A stretch of DNA of 64,000 nt from a bacterium (GTDB taxonomy: Bacteria; Chloroflexota; Dormibacteria; Aeolococcales; Bog-877): assembly GCA_021791415.1 (NCBI GenBank), contig JAJYWQ010000041.1, forward strand, positions 5,348-69,347, given 5' to 3'. The position numbers and the translations under genes are program-made. Every line of letters begins with the position of its first letter. Position 1 is the first letter of the stretch. This document shows positions 63,339 to 64,000 of the stretch, piece by piece. The notes below the pieces were generated by a model. That model was not told where the DNA came from. It saw nothing but the letters and a program-made list of their open reading frames with translations, and made no database searches.

Positions 63339-64000
63339 TCAGGCCGGGCTGGCCGGGGCGTCCACCACGTTGCCGTCCTCGGACAGCAGCGCGGTGGCCT
63401 CCTCCAGGGTCATGTCCTCTGAAGGCAGGACCACGTCAGACGGCACCAGGTCGTCCGCAGGCACCTTGGTTCCATGGGCGCGGACGAAGTTGAGCAGGGC
63501 TGCCAGAGCGGTCCGGTAGGTGTCCTGGTCCTGCCCTGATATGGCGTCCGAGAGGGCGCGGTCCAGCGGCTCCAACTGCGGCTGCTCGGAGACCGCCAGT
63601 CGGTACTGGTCCTCGCCCTGGATGCGCACCACCACCGTGGCCCTGGAGGAGTCCGAGGGAGCGGTCGGTGGTGCCGCCGCCGGAGTTGGGGCCGCCGGCG
63701 CTGCCGCCTCTAGCTTGGGTGCCTCGGCGGGGGCACCCAGGACCTCCTGCTTCAGCTGCGCGAGTTGGGCGTCCACCTCGGAGGTGGCCAGCCCGCTCCT
63801 TAGCTGGCGCTCGATGTCATCCCCGGAGGTGATCCCGATCTGGTCCAAGGTGCCGCTGTCCACCAGGGAGTCGATGGCGGCGGCCCGAGCCTGCATCTGC
63901 TGGGTCTTGTCCTGGGCGCGCTCCATCATGAGGTTCACGTCGGCCATGTGCTCGCTGAGCCCGGTCACCGCCTCGCCCACCTGGGTGGTGGCCTTGGCCG
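63339..64000 (-). CDS. pspA: PspA/IM30 family protein, copy 2, with Ala/Pro linker and extra C-terminal ~95-aa domain (N-terminus beyond window edge)
   Basis: ...VGEAVTGLSEHMADVNLMMERAQDKTQQMQARAAAIDSLV parallels copy 1 (IGESMTGISREMGDVGRMLEAARERTREMQARAAAIDQLV). Then APAEAPKLEAAAPAAPTPAAAPPTAP and ATVVVRIQGEDQYRL...TLEEATALLSEDG. Confidence 0.85.
   Translation of the reverse strand, partial: AKATTQVGEAVTGLSEHMADVNLMMERAQDKTQQMQARAAAIDSLVDSGTLDQIGITSGDDIERQLRSGLATSEVDAQLAQLKQEVLGAPAEAPKLEAAAPAAPTPAAAPPTAPSDSSRATVVVRIQGEDQYRLAVSEQPQLEPLDRALSDAISGQDQDTYRTALAALLNFVRAHGTKVPADDLVPSDVVLPSEDMTLEEATALLSEDGNVVDAPASPA

Noticed and set aside
1-64000. CRISPR arrays, IS elements, integrases, toxin-antitoxin or known defence genes
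   Set aside because: No regularly spaced direct repeats, no DDE/tyrosine/serine recombinase motifs, and no defence-associated domains were seen in any credible ORF. This was a scan by eye only, so short or degenerate elements could have been missed.

Overview
GC-rich bacterial chromosome segment (roughly 70% G+C by eye, not computed). Gene content and order fit a Gram-positive-type (Terrabacteria) lineage, most likely a deep-branching Actinomycetota or a close relative. Supporting blocks: nadK-recN, scpA-scpB-rluB-cmk, infC-rpmI-rplT-pheST, ruvCAB, rimP-nusA-ylxR-infB-rbfA-nrnA-truB-ribF, and a mycothiol-type MDMPI/DinB protein. I call about 65 protein genes, one tRNA-Val and one clear gene remnant. 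The window is overwhelmingly housekeeping (translation, recombination/repair, chromosome segregation, secretion). Genes are packed very tightly, with many 4-nt ATGA/GTGA start-stop overlaps. I found no CRISPR array, transposase, integrase or recognisable defence system. The many long ORFs antisense to real genes are GC-bias artefacts. Non-routine parts: (1) an FtsA/PilM-like actin-fold ATPase plus a 569-aa single-pass membrane protein inserted into the normally contiguous alaS-ruvX-mltG block; (2) an envelope-stress cluster at the right edge (GlsB/YeaQ, PspA, HtpX, a 191-aa unknown, and a second PspA with an appended C-terminal domain); (3) a tandem HD-GYP protein with a degenerate first domain; (4) a ~270-nt hairpin-rich minus-strand RNA region ending in the only canonical intrinsic terminator I saw; (5) a small decaying accessory patch next to tRNA-Val; (6) smaller oddities (infC ATA start, EF-P with Arg32, SigB/F-type promoter in front of a kinase-motif-poor anti-sigma gene). 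All function calls rest on motif recognition by eye. No database search was run.
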